Notes: generated by a model not told the origin, from the sequence alone. Counted from the first letter of the stretch, positions 50,881-62,070 are shown. The stretch is 64,000 bases of DNA from an uncultured Chloroflexia bacterium (GCA_963720375.1 CAVRFM010000023.1:18179-82178); one strand, 5' to 3'. Made by a program: numbers and translations.

Positions 50881-51750
50881 TCATGCGGCAGGCGGAATCC
50901 CTGCCAGTACCTGGATCACTCGCGGGATCAGATAGTGAGCGAGGTCGCGGCGGCTTCCTCCACACAGGACGACTATAAGCCTGCCTGAGCAGAGCTGGTC
51001 AGCCGTCTCCTTAAGCTCCTCGGCAAGGCGGGTGTGGAGATAAGGGGTGATCCCAATGTCACCGTAGTCGCCCTGGGTTCCGTCATAGCCCCAATTCCAG
51101 AAGATACACTGTGGCTGGAACGCTGTTGCGAGGGGGACAAAGCTCTGCGTGACCAGATGGAGATAGTCATCGTCGCTTATTCTCCAGGGCACGCGGACGT
51201 TTACCTTGTTCTTTCTTTCCGAGGAAGTGCCTGAGCAGAGGCATACATAGAGTACCTCCGGATCATTTTCAAAGATTTCCCACGTGCCGTTGCCATGATG
51301 GGCGTCAGTGTCTATGATGGCTGCCCTTTTCACTCCGAAGTGGCGTCTCAGCTCATGAATGGCTAACGCTGTGCCGTTGAAGTAGCAGCCGCCACCAAAG
51401 AAATTACTGCCGGCATGATGATCGCCGTATCCGGTGAAGACAAAGGCATTATCTATCTCATCGTGCCATATTCTGATGGCTGCTGAGACTGTGCCTGCTG
51501 CCGAGAAGAGCGCCCCCTCATATTCGCCACTGGCTTTTACCTGCCGGACCATCTCCGGAGTATGGACTTGGCAGAGGATTTCCTCGGAGATGGGCTCCAG
51601 TTCGAAAGATGAGGGAGGTTTCAGGGGGTAGAAGGCATCATAGAGGAAGACGTTTTCCTTATCCAGGATTCCTTCCAGCGCCTGAGGAAAGTCTCGGAGT
51701 CTCTCTCCATACTGATAATGGAAGAATATGCCGGTTCGGCGTCTAAGCAT
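50881..51750 (-). CDS. histone-deacetylase-family (Zn-dependent) deacetylase, AcuC/AphA-like
   Basis: IIDTDAHHGNGT motif of class I/II HDAC-fold enzymes. 289 aa. Confidence 0.7.
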   Translation of the reverse strand: MLRRRTGIFFHYQYGERLRDFPQALEGILDKENVFLYDAFYPLKPPSSFELEPISEEILCQVHTPEMVRQVKASGEYEGALFSAAGTVSAAIRIWHDEIDNAFVFTGYGDHHAGSNFFGGGCYFNGTALAIHELRRHFGVKRAAIIDTDAHHGNGTWEIFENDPEVLYVCLCSGTSSERKNKVNVRVPWRISDDDYLHLVTQSFVPLATAFQPQCIFWNWGYDGTQGDYGDIGITPYLHTRLAEELKETADQLCSGRLIVVLCGGSRRDLAHYLIPRVIQVLAGIPPAA

Positions 51751-52324
51751 TCCCTGATGTCAACTGCTCCAGGGTCTTACGATATGTCTCATAGGCTGTA
51801 GCATCAAAGAGGACGAAGACTACTTCGTTCAAGGATTCTTCCTGGCGGAGGAAGCTGATGACTGTCTGAAGGGCTATCTCTGCGGCTGGCGCAACAGGGT
51901 AACCATAGGCGCCGGTGCTTATGGAAGGGAATGAGACGCTCTTCAAGCCATTGACCACTGCTATCTTGAGGCTCTCTCGATAGGCACTGGCCAGAAGGTC
52001 GGACTCGCTGCGGTGACCACCGTGCCAGACAGGACCCACAGTATGGATGACATATTTTGCCCCCAGTCTCCCTCCTGTAGTAATGACAGCCTTGCCAGTT
52101 GGCAGCCGGCCCTGCCGGGAAACGATCTGTTTACATTCTTCAAGGATAGCCGGCCCTCCAGCACGGTGAATGGCACCATCAACGCCGCCACCGCCCATCA
52201 GGCTGGAGTTGGCGGCGTTAACTATGGCATCTGTACTCTGACTGGTGATATCCCCTTGAATTAGTGAGAGCCTGGTCTTATTGATGGTTACTCTCATTTC
52301 CGTTAGCTCTTCTTGTCGATCCAT
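51743..52324 (-). CDS. macro-domain protein (ADP-ribose / O-acetyl-ADP-ribose processing)
   Basis: IVNAANSSLMGGGGVDGAIHRAGG macro-domain signature. 8-nt overlap with the HDAC-family gene. Confidence 0.75.
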   Translation of the reverse strand: MDRQEELTEMRVTINKTRLSLIQGDITSQSTDAIVNAANSSLMGGGGVDGAIHRAGGPAILEECKQIVSRQGRLPTGKAVITTGGRLGAKYVIHTVGPVWHGGHRSESDLLASAYRESLKIAVVNGLKSVSFPSISTGAYGYPVAPAAEIALQTVISFLRQEESLNEVVFVLFDATAYETYRKTLEQLTSGNA

Positions 52325-52519
52325 TATAGCCGACTTGCTCGGTGGATTCTATGAGCTTTGGGTGCAGGTGGAATTTTGTGGAAAGGCGGCAGGAACTGGC
52401 CACAATATTCAGAGGAAAGGTACAAAATCGTACGTTGGTTTCCAAACAGCGAGCCCCATGCCAAATGCGCATGGGGCTCGTTAATGCCTGTAGCTTTGAT
52501 GTCTCTTGATTGGAGCTGG

Positions 52520-52906
52520 CTAGTCGCCTGGCTGGGCCAGAGACCATACCACCCTAACGGCATTAATGATGGCTGCAGGATCATAAGAACAGCTATATAG
52601 GCCACCATTCCGTTCAGAACTCTGCCCAGTCCGTCGATAACGTCGTCCAGGGGACTGAATGGTCTGCACTGCGCTTCCAACTACCACTAAGGCAATAGCT
52701 GCTACCAGGAAGGGTATCATCTCCCTGCCGGTGATGTTGAACAGTCCGATGATGATGCCCATGATGACCAGGATCAGGACAATGGTACCGTTGTCCCGGG
52801 ACACGCCACCTCCGATGATGGCCAGGAGCATGCCTGCGAAGAACGCTATGGCGCCGATTATGCCTATCATGCTCCTTTGTGTCTTGGATGATGATGTGTT
52901 GACCAC
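52520..52906 (-). CDS. small membrane protein
   Basis: Several hydrophobic helices (IGIIGAIAFFAGMLLAIIGGG; ILVIMGIIIGLF). Confidence 0.4.
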   Translation of the reverse strand: MVNTSSSKTQRSMIGIIGAIAFFAGMLLAIIGGGVSRDNGTIVLILVIMGIIIGLFNITGREMIPFLVAAIALVVVGSAVQTIQSPGRRYRRTGQSSERNGGLYSCSYDPAAIINAVRVVWSLAQPGD

Positions 52907-53098
52907 TAAATACCCTCCTTTCTAGAGCACCTTAGCTCTGGGGCAGAAGTCTAGCAACAACGTGTGATGCTGTCAAGCATTGGACTGCTAGGTGTCATAT
53001 CTTTCTCCCTGTGTTTGCGGAATAAGAAAAGCTTGACAGTGAGAGGAGTTTTGTCTGAGAATGGGAGCAATAAGGACTAAGCTCCCGATTCTTGAATC

Positions 53099-54664
53099 AT
53101 GCGAACGCGAGTTCTGTTTATCAATACGCCCTTCCCCCGTGAAGAACATCCTGTACCACCGCTCGGTTTGACCTACCTTGCTGCGGTACTTGAAAAGGAA
53201 GGGATGGATGTCCACATCCTGGATCTTCTTGTAGAGCAATACTCCCCCGAGAAGCTGAGGAGAAACCTGCAGGAATATCGGCCTCAATTCGTTGCGGCTA
53301 CATGCTCGACCCTAAATTACGGTATTGCCTCTAGAATCCTCAAGGTATGCAAAAACTTCGATGCCAGCCTGGTTACACTCATTGGGGGGCCGCACGTGAG
53401 TTTTGTGGCCAGTCAGGTAATTGAAAAAGCCCCATGGATTGATTTTGTTGTAAGAGGAGAAGGCGAATATACGCTGGTAGACCTGCTGCATACTCTGGTA
53501 AATGGGAAAGACTTGAGGGAGGTTTTGGGCATTGCCTTTCGAAGAGATGGGAAGGTTATTCTTACCCCCCCTCGTCCCTTGATTAAAGAACTCGATAAGC
53601 TGCCTTTGCCTGCCCGTCACCTGCTTCCCCTATCGAAGTATCGAGCCCTCAAAGCGCCCACCACTGTTATCACCAGCAGAGGGTGTCCTTTTGGCTGCAT
53701 CTTTTGCTCAGCACCGAAGATGTTTGGAAGGGGTGTCCGCTTCCGAAATCCCAAGCTGGTGGTTGATGAGATAGAGATGATTTACCGAGAATTCGGCTTC
53801 GAGCAAATAAATATTGTCGATGACACCTTTACGGTGAAAGAACAGCATGTGCAGAGTATTTGTGATGGATTGATGGCTCGCGGTCTCAAGATCAGATGGT
53901 CGGTTTACTCCAGGGTGGATACGATCAGCCCGCGTCTACTGAGCATTATGAAGGAGGCCGGCTGTTCCTGGGTCTGTTTTGGACTGGAGTCAGGATCGCA
54001 GGAGATTCTGGATAGGATCAAGAAGGGGATTACGATAGCCAAGTCAAGAGAGGCGGTGAGGATGGCAAAGGAGGCTGGCATAAATACCATGACCTCCTTC
54101 ATGCTGGGTCTGCCTGGTGAGAATCCGGAAACCGCCAGCCAGACAGTCGAACTGGCCAAGGAACTATTCGGTAAGTATGGTGTCAGTTATGGGTTCCATA
54201 TCCTGGCCCCTATGCCTGGTACGGAGGTGTGCGAAAAGGCCGATGAATATGGCATCAGGATACTCACCCACAACTGGGCGAAGTATGATGCGAACCGCCC
54301 GGTGGCCGAGACCACTACCTTCAGCGCTGCCCAGATGATACGCATAGTCGAGGACTACGAATATGAGATCAATGAAGCCTGGAAGGAGATGAAGTCGCAG
54401 GCGGAATGTGGGAATACCCAACTCATGGAGAGGGTAGCTGGAATTATTACCCAGGATTTTGTGTGGAAGATGTTGAAAAGCGATGCAATTGAGCGTGTGA
54501 GGCGCTCTGATGGCCATCAAAGTGAATTGGCCCGGAAGATATCTCAAAGACTGGATGTTCCTTTAGACCTGGCGGAACAAGAACTGGCGAAACTGATTGC
54601 GGCTGGGAATATCACCAGGACCAAAGTGGATGGGGAGAAGCGTCCTGTTTGGAAGTGGGCCTGA
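53099..54664 (+). CDS. B12-binding-domain radical SAM enzyme
   Basis: N-terminal B12-binding-like domain. CPFGCIFCS radical-SAM CxxxCxxC. 521 aa. Confidence 0.75.
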   Translation: MRTRVLFINTPFPREEHPVPPLGLTYLAAVLEKEGMDVHILDLLVEQYSPEKLRRNLQEYRPQFVAATCSTLNYGIASRILKVCKNFDASLVTLIGGPHVSFVASQVIEKAPWIDFVVRGEGEYTLVDLLHTLVNGKDLREVLGIAFRRDGKVILTPPRPLIKELDKLPLPARHLLPLSKYRALKAPTTVITSRGCPFGCIFCSAPKMFGRGVRFRNPKLVVDEIEMIYREFGFEQINIVDDTFTVKEQHVQSICDGLMARGLKIRWSVYSRVDTISPRLLSIMKEAGCSWVCFGLESGSQEILDRIKKGITIAKSREAVRMAKEAGINTMTSFMLGLPGENPETASQTVELAKELFGKYGVSYGFHILAPMPGTEVCEKADEYGIRILTHNWAKYDANRPVAETTTFSAAQMIRIVEDYEYEINEAWKEMKSQAECGNTQLMERVAGIITQDFVWKMLKSDAIERVRRSDGHQSELARKISQRLDVPLDLAEQELAKLIAAGNITRTKVDGEKRPVWKWA

Positions 54665-54850
54665 AACCTGCTGTGAACTGCTGCTCTGGTATTCTTCTGT
54701 TCCCTGACAGTCATGGCCCTCCTAGAAATGTCCTCTGAGTAACCCTCCTGAGATCTCTCTTTGCTACCAGCCTTTTCTCCGCTCAGGGCCAACGCAAATT
54801 TGAAGAATCAGAAGTGACTTGTTCTACCTTTGCAGATGAATGATTCCCTA

Positions 54851-56278
54851 TCAGCGATTGCCTACCTGATGGAAGGCGTAGTATTCGGTTACGCGTTTCA
54901 GCGCCTTGGCCGCTCTTTCGAAGTTAGTAAAACTGGGTATGCCCCTCTCTATCAACTTGTTTCTGATATCCAATGCTTCTGCTTCCAGTTGCCCTGCAGA
55001 AATAACGGTCAAAAAGGACTTGGGGCATCTGTTCTTGAATTCGGACAGAGCCTCAACCAAGGTATCGATATAAGAGGGGTAGTATTGCCAGATTTGAGAT
55101 AGAAATGGCAGGGATAACTCGAAGACCAGGGAGTCTGTATTGGCGTCAGCGCTCAGAACATCCAGTATCCTGATGGAATCTTCTATTGAAGGCGCATGCC
55201 AGGAAATATCCAGCGGATTGAGGTAACTGCCACCTATGATGTTAAAGAAGGAGGCAAATTGCCGATAGGAGCGATCGCTGAGTTTTGGAGCTGTAAGTCC
55301 CATCCTGGTGAAGGCATCTGCGATCACCACGGACTGTCCCCCGCTCTGTGCCACCAGGGCCACCCTGCCCCCGAGAGGAGCTTTGAGATAAAGGAGCGCT
55401 TTCACACAATCGACCATCTCGTCAAGGCTGTCGACCTTGATGGCACCGCACTGTTTGATAACGGCCTCCCATATAGTGGGTTTGGAGGCTAGCGAACCGG
55501 TGTGGCATGCTATTGCCCTGTATCCCTCTTCGCCTTTACCCCCCTTCCAGACAAGCACTGGTTTGCTTCTGGCCGTTTCCATGAGGGAGTGGAAGAACCT
55601 CCTCCCATCCTTTATGCCTTCTATGTACATACCTATTATTTTTGTTTCCTCATCCTGGGACAGATATTCCAGGTAGTCTGTGCTGTCTAGGACTGCTCCG
55701 TTACCATAGCTTACTGATTTGCTTATCTTGATTCCGTTTGGTGCTCCTACAAGGCTGAAGAAGATGGCGTGGGTGCCGCTCTGAGAGATGAAGCCTACCG
55801 GGCCGGCTATCCCATGGTATTGGTCTGGATCATGGCGCAACCCGAGAATCGGGTTGAAGATACCCATACAATTTGGCCCGATAAGGTTGAAGTTAGCGTC
55901 CTTCGCCATCTTGACAAGGAGCTTCTCCAGTCTGAATCCCTCCTCAGTATTTGTCTCGGCAAAACCAGAGGTAAACAGTGTTGCCCCACCTACTCGCTTC
56001 TGAATGCAATCGTTCAGGACACGAGGGGCTACTCCCCTGGGAACGGCGATAAGTACGTAGTCCACCGGCTCTGGTATATCAAGCAAGCTGAAGTAGTTCG
56101 GTATTCCCATGCTCTCTATGCCGGGCAGTTCTTCCGGGTCAATCTGGACGGAGTATAGCTTGCCGGTGAAGGTGCTCAGGCTTCTGAGCCACACATAACC
56201 ATTCCCCCTCTTATCGCCCACTACTGCTACGCAGCGAGGGTTAAAGGCCCTATCCAGTTCCTTCCGGTTTATACTCAA
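54851..56278 (-). CDS. CoA-binding / ADP-forming acyl-CoA synthetase-family protein
   Basis: N-terminal CVAVVGDKRGNGYVWLRSL CoA-binding Rossmann pattern. 475 aa. Confidence 0.55.
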   Translation of the reverse strand: MSINRKELDRAFNPRCVAVVGDKRGNGYVWLRSLSTFTGKLYSVQIDPEELPGIESMGIPNYFSLLDIPEPVDYVLIAVPRGVAPRVLNDCIQKRVGGATLFTSGFAETNTEEGFRLEKLLVKMAKDANFNLIGPNCMGIFNPILGLRHDPDQYHGIAGPVGFISQSGTHAIFFSLVGAPNGIKISKSVSYGNGAVLDSTDYLEYLSQDEETKIIGMYIEGIKDGRRFFHSLMETARSKPVLVWKGGKGEEGYRAIACHTGSLASKPTIWEAVIKQCGAIKVDSLDEMVDCVKALLYLKAPLGGRVALVAQSGGQSVVIADAFTRMGLTAPKLSDRSYRQFASFFNIIGGSYLNPLDISWHAPSIEDSIRILDVLSADANTDSLVFELSLPFLSQIWQYYPSYIDTLVEALSEFKNRCPKSFLTVISAGQLEAEALDIRNKLIERGIPSFTNFERAAKALKRVTEYYAFHQVGNR

Positions 56279-56568
56279 CGGATAATCCTCCTGTCTGATA
56301 CCATAATCGTCATTCGTTGCTACATTGGAATTGGTTTAACCAATGTCCCAGGGGTTTTCGAAGTCTAGTCGATTATTCTATCACCTCACATTCGAAAAGG
56401 CATTTTGATCTGGCATGATTGTAGTAACCGTAGCAGCCAGAATACTCTGCTTGGCTGGTTTGCCCAGGCAAGTGAGCTTGCGGTATCATATCCTCTAGTC
56501 TGCATAAAAGAACCGGAGACTTATCTCATTCTATCTTCGGCCATTGCCGATAAAAGAGGAGGATCAAA

Positions 56569-57783
56569 TTGGCATCAGCGCTTAGTGGTATTAAGGTAAT
56601 CGACATCTGCGGCTTAGGGCCAGGTTCGCTTGTTTCCATGACCTTGGCAGACATGGGGGCTGACGTCATTAAGGTTGACATGCCACCTGGGGGTGGACAT
56701 CGAGGTGTCGGCGATGGTCTGGCTTATTTCCCGGAGGCGGAAGATGAAGCCGAGAAAATGGTTGCCTACGGGGCGGTCAACCGCAATAAGAAGAGCATGG
56801 CGATCAATTTTCGAACTGAGGCAGGGCAGCGTGTCTTTCATAAGCTCGTCGGGACTTGTGACGTTGTCATCGAAGCCTTCCGGCCAGGTGTGATGGATCG
56901 TATGAACGTGGGCTATGAGGCCCTGTCTAAGACAAACCCCAGGATCATCTACTGCGCGGTTTCCGGTTATGGGCAAACTGGCCCGTATCGGAGCTTCCCT
57001 GGACATGATGCCAATTATGCTGGTTTCGGGGGCATATTAGGCTTGACCGGCGATCGCCGTGATGGCCCACCGGTTATGGCGCTCAATATAGTGGCTGATA
57101 TGGCTGTTGCATATCTGAACGCTGTTATTGGTGTGCTGCTGGCCGTTTGTGCTCGGGAAAGAACAGGTAAAGGTCAGATGGTGGACATATCAATGCTGGA
57201 TGGTGTTGTGGGGCTTCTGGCTGGTGTGCCTGGTACGGCAGAGTATCCCTACAACGGAGTTTTACCACAGCGTGGTGATACACTGACCAGCGGCAATAAT
57301 CCCTTCTACTCTGTCTATCAGACCAAGGATGGCAAGTATCTCAGTGTTTGTCCGATCGAGCCGCGCTTCTGGCAGAACCTGTGTCGGGTGCTGGGGCGCG
57401 AGGATCTGGCCCCTCATGAGTTTGCCCCGAGTCCTAAGAAAGAAGAGATGTTGGGGGACTTAAAGAAGATCTTCCTCACCAAGACCAGGGATGAATGGTT
57501 TGATCTTCTCATCAAGGCTGATGTGCCGGTAGGCAAGATTCTTGATGTGGATGAAGTATTCAAGGACCCCCAGGTACTTGCTCGGAAGATGGTAATTGAA
57601 GTACCTCATCCCAAATTTGGCAAAGTGAAACAGATTGGCATCAGCGTCAAACTCTCCGATACACCGGGCGAGGTACGCAGTCTGGCGGTCCGTCTTGGCA
57701 AGCATACTGACGAAGTCCTCTCGGGGTTGGGTTATTCCAAGGCTGAGATCGAGAAACTGCGGCATGACGGAGTAGTTGGCTGA
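56569..57783 (+). CDS. family III CoA-transferase (CaiB/BaiF)
   Basis: GIKVIDICGLGPGSLVSMTLADMGADVIKVD N-terminal signature. 404 aa. Confidence 0.75.
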   Translation: MASALSGIKVIDICGLGPGSLVSMTLADMGADVIKVDMPPGGGHRGVGDGLAYFPEAEDEAEKMVAYGAVNRNKKSMAINFRTEAGQRVFHKLVGTCDVVIEAFRPGVMDRMNVGYEALSKTNPRIIYCAVSGYGQTGPYRSFPGHDANYAGFGGILGLTGDRRDGPPVMALNIVADMAVAYLNAVIGVLLAVCARERTGKGQMVDISMLDGVVGLLAGVPGTAEYPYNGVLPQRGDTLTSGNNPFYSVYQTKDGKYLSVCPIEPRFWQNLCRVLGREDLAPHEFAPSPKKEEMLGDLKKIFLTKTRDEWFDLLIKADVPVGKILDVDEVFKDPQVLARKMVIEVPHPKFGKVKQIGISVKLSDTPGEVRSLAVRLGKHTDEVLSGLGYSKAEIEKLRHDGVVG

Positions 57784-58115
57784 GCCCCAGGTCTTGTTCT
57801 TTGCAGAGAAATCTCGTCTGAAGAAGCTGTCTGTGTCCTGAGCAGTGGTTGACGGGGAGATACGGGTTACATTTCAACCGGATTCTCCCCTTTACCTTAT
57901 GCTGCTCTTGTGATGTAGGAATCTCTTCCATATATGGGGTTCTGGATATCCACTGCCGCGTGCCGGATTGCCGTAGTTGATTATGTGGCATTTCCCCTCG
58001 TATTGCGGTTGTTGCCTATATACATATATTTGTTGGCTGTTCGACGGGCAAAGCTGACATAGTTAACCTCATAGTAGAAGTCTAGATCGGGCGAGCCGAT
58101 TGCAGGAGGGACGTT

Positions 58116-58781
58116 ATGGATGTCATTGAAGCTATCAACAGCCGGAGGAGCGTTCGGGCATTCAAGGCTGAGCCTGTGCCCAGGGAGGTCCTCCGGTCGA
58201 TCATGGAGGCTGCTCTGCGGGCGCCTTCCTGGGAGAACACTCAGCCGTGGGAGTTTGCTGTTCTGGGGGGGGATGTCATGAAGAATGTGAAGGCAGCCAT
58301 TCTAAGTATGATGATGGCTGGGGAGAAGCCCAGTCTTGACCTACCCTGGCCCAAGTTTACCGGACGGCATCTCGAACGGGCGAAGACAGATGGCAGACGC
58401 CTTTTCCTTGAATTAGGTATATCGAAAGAGGATAAGAAGGCAATCATGAACTGGCGGTTGTCCATGTCCCAGTTCTTCGATGCCCCTAATGGAGTAATAG
58501 TATATATGGATGCTTCATTGGGGCAGTGGTCACTGGTCGATGTGGGGATAGCGCTGCAAAACCTGATGCTGGCAGCGTGGCACTATGGCGTGGGGTCATG
58601 CCCTCTGGCAGCTGCGGTGGTGTATCCTGCAGTTCTACGCGGTCTTCTGGGAATACCTGAATCAAAGCGTTTTGTTTTAGGTGTGGCTCTGGGGTACCCA
58701 GACCTCTCGAAGCCAGCGTCGCAATTCCATGCTAGCCGGGAGCCTCTGGAAAGCATGGTGACCTGGCATGGCTTTGACTAA
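58116..58781 (+). CDS. nitroreductase-family FMN oxidoreductase
   Basis: INSRRSVRAF...PSWENTQPW signature. 221 aa. Confidence 0.75.
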   Translation: MDVIEAINSRRSVRAFKAEPVPREVLRSIMEAALRAPSWENTQPWEFAVLGGDVMKNVKAAILSMMMAGEKPSLDLPWPKFTGRHLERAKTDGRRLFLELGISKEDKKAIMNWRLSMSQFFDAPNGVIVYMDASLGQWSLVDVGIALQNLMLAAWHYGVGSCPLAAAVVYPAVLRGLLGIPESKRFVLGVALGYPDLSKPASQFHASREPLESMVTWHGFD

Positions 58782-59170
58782 TTATGGCGAAGCGTCATGC
58801 AGGTTCAGTGATTTGAGACGGGAGTGGCTTGTGGTGGGCAGGTTTGATGGCTTGGACAAGTGATAGAATTCGCTGTCTGCCAGTATGCTGACTTAGTTGG
58901 GAGAGTAGGCAACCTCAACTCATCACCAAAAATCATGCTTGCGGTATTGTGCTTTGCCTAAGCCCCCCTTTGTATCCAGGCTGGTGTTGACACCCTTTGC
59001 CCCACCATGCTATTGTTCGAGCCGATCTGCACCGTTGAGCAAAGTGGATTGTGGCCCGCCAACGCCGCACTATTCGGAGTTGGTACCCTGGGGAGAACTC
59101 GGGGCTACCCTCATCTCCTATTGGAGGAACTATCTCTTCCTGTTTCCGTCGAGACAGGTGATGGAGGGGA

Positions 59171-59908
59171 ATGACAAATAAAGAGGAGTCGCCAATGCTG
59201 ATCTTCTTCATTCTCGTTCTGATCGTCATAGTTGTTGCCGTCATCGGTGTTGCTGTCTGGAACCGCCGACTCAGAGACAAGCGCCGGAAGGAGTTGGCCG
59301 AGTGGGCACGCCTGAACGAGTTTGGCTTCCTCCCTGCAGAGGACTATTCAATAGGCTTCCGTTATCAGTTTTTTAAATGCTTGCAGCGGGGAGATAACCG
59401 CTACGGCTACAACATCATGGAGGGGATCTCCGGCAAACGAGTAGTGTGCGCCTTCGATTACCACTATGAAACGCACTCCAGCGACAGCAAGGGCAATCGG
59501 CAGACTCACCATCACCATTTCTCGGCCGTTGTTGTGGAAGCTGGCCTGCCGCTCAAGCCCCTGTTCATCCGCCCCGAGGGTTTTCTTGATAAAGTGGCCG
59601 AGTTCATCGGGTTCGAAGACATCAACTTCGAATCTGCAGAGTTCAGCAAACGGTTTTTTGTCAAATCCCCTGACCGTCGCTGGGCTTATGACGTTCTGCA
59701 CCAGGCCACCATGGAGTTGATGCTGTGCTACCCCGCCTTCGTCATTGACTTCCAGGGCAGCCAGGTCATGGCCTATTGGGACAACAAGACGTTCTCCCTG
59801 GGGGATTTCGGATCGGCACTGAAGGTGGTGACGGGTATCCTGGATGGGTTGCCTGACTCTGTGGTGCGGGAACTGAAGGAAATTCGTTCAGGAGGTCAGC
59901 CGTCATGA
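59171..59908 (+). CDS. membrane protein with N-terminal TM helix (LemA-associated, DUF3137-like?)
   Basis: N-terminal hydrophobic helix. 4-nt overlap with the lemA start. Confidence 0.4.
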   Translation: MTNKEESPMLIFFILVLIVIVVAVIGVAVWNRRLRDKRRKELAEWARLNEFGFLPAEDYSIGFRYQFFKCLQRGDNRYGYNIMEGISGKRVVCAFDYHYETHSSDSKGNRQTHHHHFSAVVVEAGLPLKPLFIRPEGFLDKVAEFIGFEDINFESAEFSKRFFVKSPDRRWAYDVLHQATMELMLCYPAFVIDFQGSQVMAYWDNKTFSLGDFGSALKVVTGILDGLPDSVVRELKEIRSGGQPS

Positions 59909-60465
59909 CTCTGATAATCGGCATTATCCTTGGCGTCGTCTTGTTGCTGGTGCTCTGGATAGCTGTGATGTACAACGCCCTGGTGCGGGGCCGCAACCAT
60001 TGTGATGAGTCGTGGTCGGACGTTGATACTGAACTGAAACGGCGCTATGATCTGATCCCCAACCTGGTCAACACAGTCAAAGGTTATGCCGCACATGAGA
60101 GGGAAGTCCTAGAACAGGTGACTCAGGCGCGGAGTGCTGCTGTGGCCAGTCAGGGCTCGCCTTCTTCGCAGGCGCGCGACGAGAACGTTCTGGTGGACAC
60201 CCTGCGGCAGTTGCTAGCTGTGGTCGAGAACTACCCTGACCTGAAGGCCAGCCAGAACTTTCTCAAACTTCAAGAGGAACTGGTCAACACGGAAGACCGT
60301 ATTCAGAGAGCACGCCGGTTCTACAACGGCAATGTGCGGGACTACAACAACCGCGTGGAGCTGTTCCCGTCCGCCTTGGTAGCCGGATGCCTAGGCTTCA
60401 AGGAGCGAGAGTTTTTCGAGATCAAGGTGGCGGTGGAGCGCAAAGCGCCGCTGGCGAAGATGTAG
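59905..60465 (+). CDS. lemA: LemA-family protein
   Basis: N-terminal TM helix followed by MYNALVRGRNHCDESWSDVDTELKRRYDLIPNLV, typical of LemA. Confidence 0.75.
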   Translation: MTLIIGIILGVVLLLVLWIAVMYNALVRGRNHCDESWSDVDTELKRRYDLIPNLVNTVKGYAAHEREVLEQVTQARSAAVASQGSPSSQARDENVLVDTLRQLLAVVENYPDLKASQNFLKLQEELVNTEDRIQRARRFYNGNVRDYNNRVELFPSALVAGCLGFKEREFFEIKVAVERKAPLAKM

Positions 60466-60600
60466 GGCAGATTGCCTGACGGGAAGGCCATAGCAGAGTC
60501 CTCTCGAAGCTTAGGATTAATGGCCACAGAACCGAACTACGGAATTCGCTGCCTTCGGATTGGATGCCGGACAGGTTTATATTTCCGCAGCCGAATCCAG

Positions 60601-62070
60601 CTATAAGGTCGCTTGCCGGAAGCGATGGTACTGGAGGACCATGCGGGCTGTTTTGATCCCTCCGCCCGATGCCTTATGGGTGCCCATGCCGGCGATGCCA
60701 ACGTCGGCACCGGTGTAGAAAAGCCCTCTGATCGGTGCCTTTGGTGATGGCTGATACTTGCCACACTGGCCTGCAATCTGGGCCAGGCCAACACACTCAC
60801 CCCCCTGCCCCTCAACTACATGATCGCGGGTAAAGTGTGATACCTCAGCCGGCCCCTCCACTTCCTTGTACATAAGGGCGTCCATGACCCCGGGATATAA
60901 CTTGTCCCACATTTTGTCCATCTTGTCGTATAGCATCTTGATTTCTGTGGCATCCGGGTCTGGTGAACAGATGGTGCCAGCAATAATACACTGCTTACCC
61001 GGGGGTGCCATGTTGGGGTCAAAGTTGGAGGGGATTGTGGCGAACATCATTACCTCGTCGGGTACTTCGCCGGCCCTCATCTTGAGGAAGCGCTCCAGGT
61101 TCATGGTCGTGTCATCGGCCCAGATGTTGTACATCTGATCTTCCAGGACTTTCTTATTGAGAAAATACTTGACGCCGGTGAATGCCCAGCCCGGGACCAG
61201 CCCCTTAACATAGTTTACATAACTTTTATCGAATTGGTTTTCACCCACCAGTTTGAGTACTGTGGGCTGGATGCCGACATCACTTATGACAATAGGTGCC
61301 TCGTAAGTGTCGTCCCCGGTGGTTACGCCGGTCACCCGGCCATCGCTGATCTTTATCTTTTCTGCCCTGGTGTGTGCTCGTATCTCCCCGCCATTGGCCT
61401 TGATTGCCTTGGCTAAGTCATCAAGCACACGTCCGAAGCCGCCGATGTAGTACCCTGCAGCTCCACGGAGAGCTATGTCCTGCATTATCACTATTTGCTC
61501 TGAGGCTGAAACAAGATCAATGGGTTCAGCCAGCGAGCCATTGGCGTGCATTGCAAAGTAACTGTAGAGGGGCAATGGTAAATCCGCAAATTGAGAGAGC
61601 CATTGATCTCCAGTGAGATCATCCAGGGCATTGATCTGATCTGCGGTCATCATGGCCACGTCAATCATGAACTTCAGTGCAATCTCACGTTCCTTGCTTC
61701 CAATGTCCCAGAGATCAAAGAAAGGATCGGGCTGCAGTCCGGTGGTCGCAGGCAGAGTACCCCTCTTATATTTTCCTGATCGACCTCTATATGCTAATCC
61801 GGCGACATTCAAGGGGAGCGGCTTAAGTTGAGACTCGATGCCCAGTTCTTTGAAGGCCACGGCAAAACTTGGTCCTTGAGCCGGTACCTGAAGCTTGGGC
61901 CCCAGTTCATAGGAGAAGCCGTCTTTGTTGGTTGGCGTGACCGCCTTGCCGCCAGTCGTGTCATTTTTCTCCAGCAGCAGGACTTTAGAGCCCCATTTGG
62001 ATAGTAAAGCGGCAGAGGTAAGACCACCCGGCCCTCCTCCTATCACTATCACGTCATATTTCTTTGTCAT
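60601..62070 (-). CDS. FAD/NAD(P)-dependent oxidoreductase, phytoene-desaturase (CrtI)-like
   Basis: YDVIVIGGGPGGL dinucleotide-binding motif. 489 aa. Confidence 0.65.
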   Translation of the reverse strand: MTKKYDVIVIGGGPGGLTSAALLSKWGSKVLLLEKNDTTGGKAVTPTNKDGFSYELGPKLQVPAQGPSFAVAFKELGIESQLKPLPLNVAGLAYRGRSGKYKRGTLPATTGLQPDPFFDLWDIGSKEREIALKFMIDVAMMTADQINALDDLTGDQWLSQFADLPLPLYSYFAMHANGSLAEPIDLVSASEQIVIMQDIALRGAAGYYIGGFGRVLDDLAKAIKANGGEIRAHTRAEKIKISDGRVTGVTTGDDTYEAPIVISDVGIQPTVLKLVGENQFDKSYVNYVKGLVPGWAFTGVKYFLNKKVLEDQMYNIWADDTTMNLERFLKMRAGEVPDEVMMFATIPSNFDPNMAPPGKQCIIAGTICSPDPDATEIKMLYDKMDKMWDKLYPGVMDALMYKEVEGPAEVSHFTRDHVVEGQGGECVGLAQIAGQCGKYQPSPKAPIRGLFYTGADVGIAGMGTHKASGGGIKTARMVLQYHRFRQATL

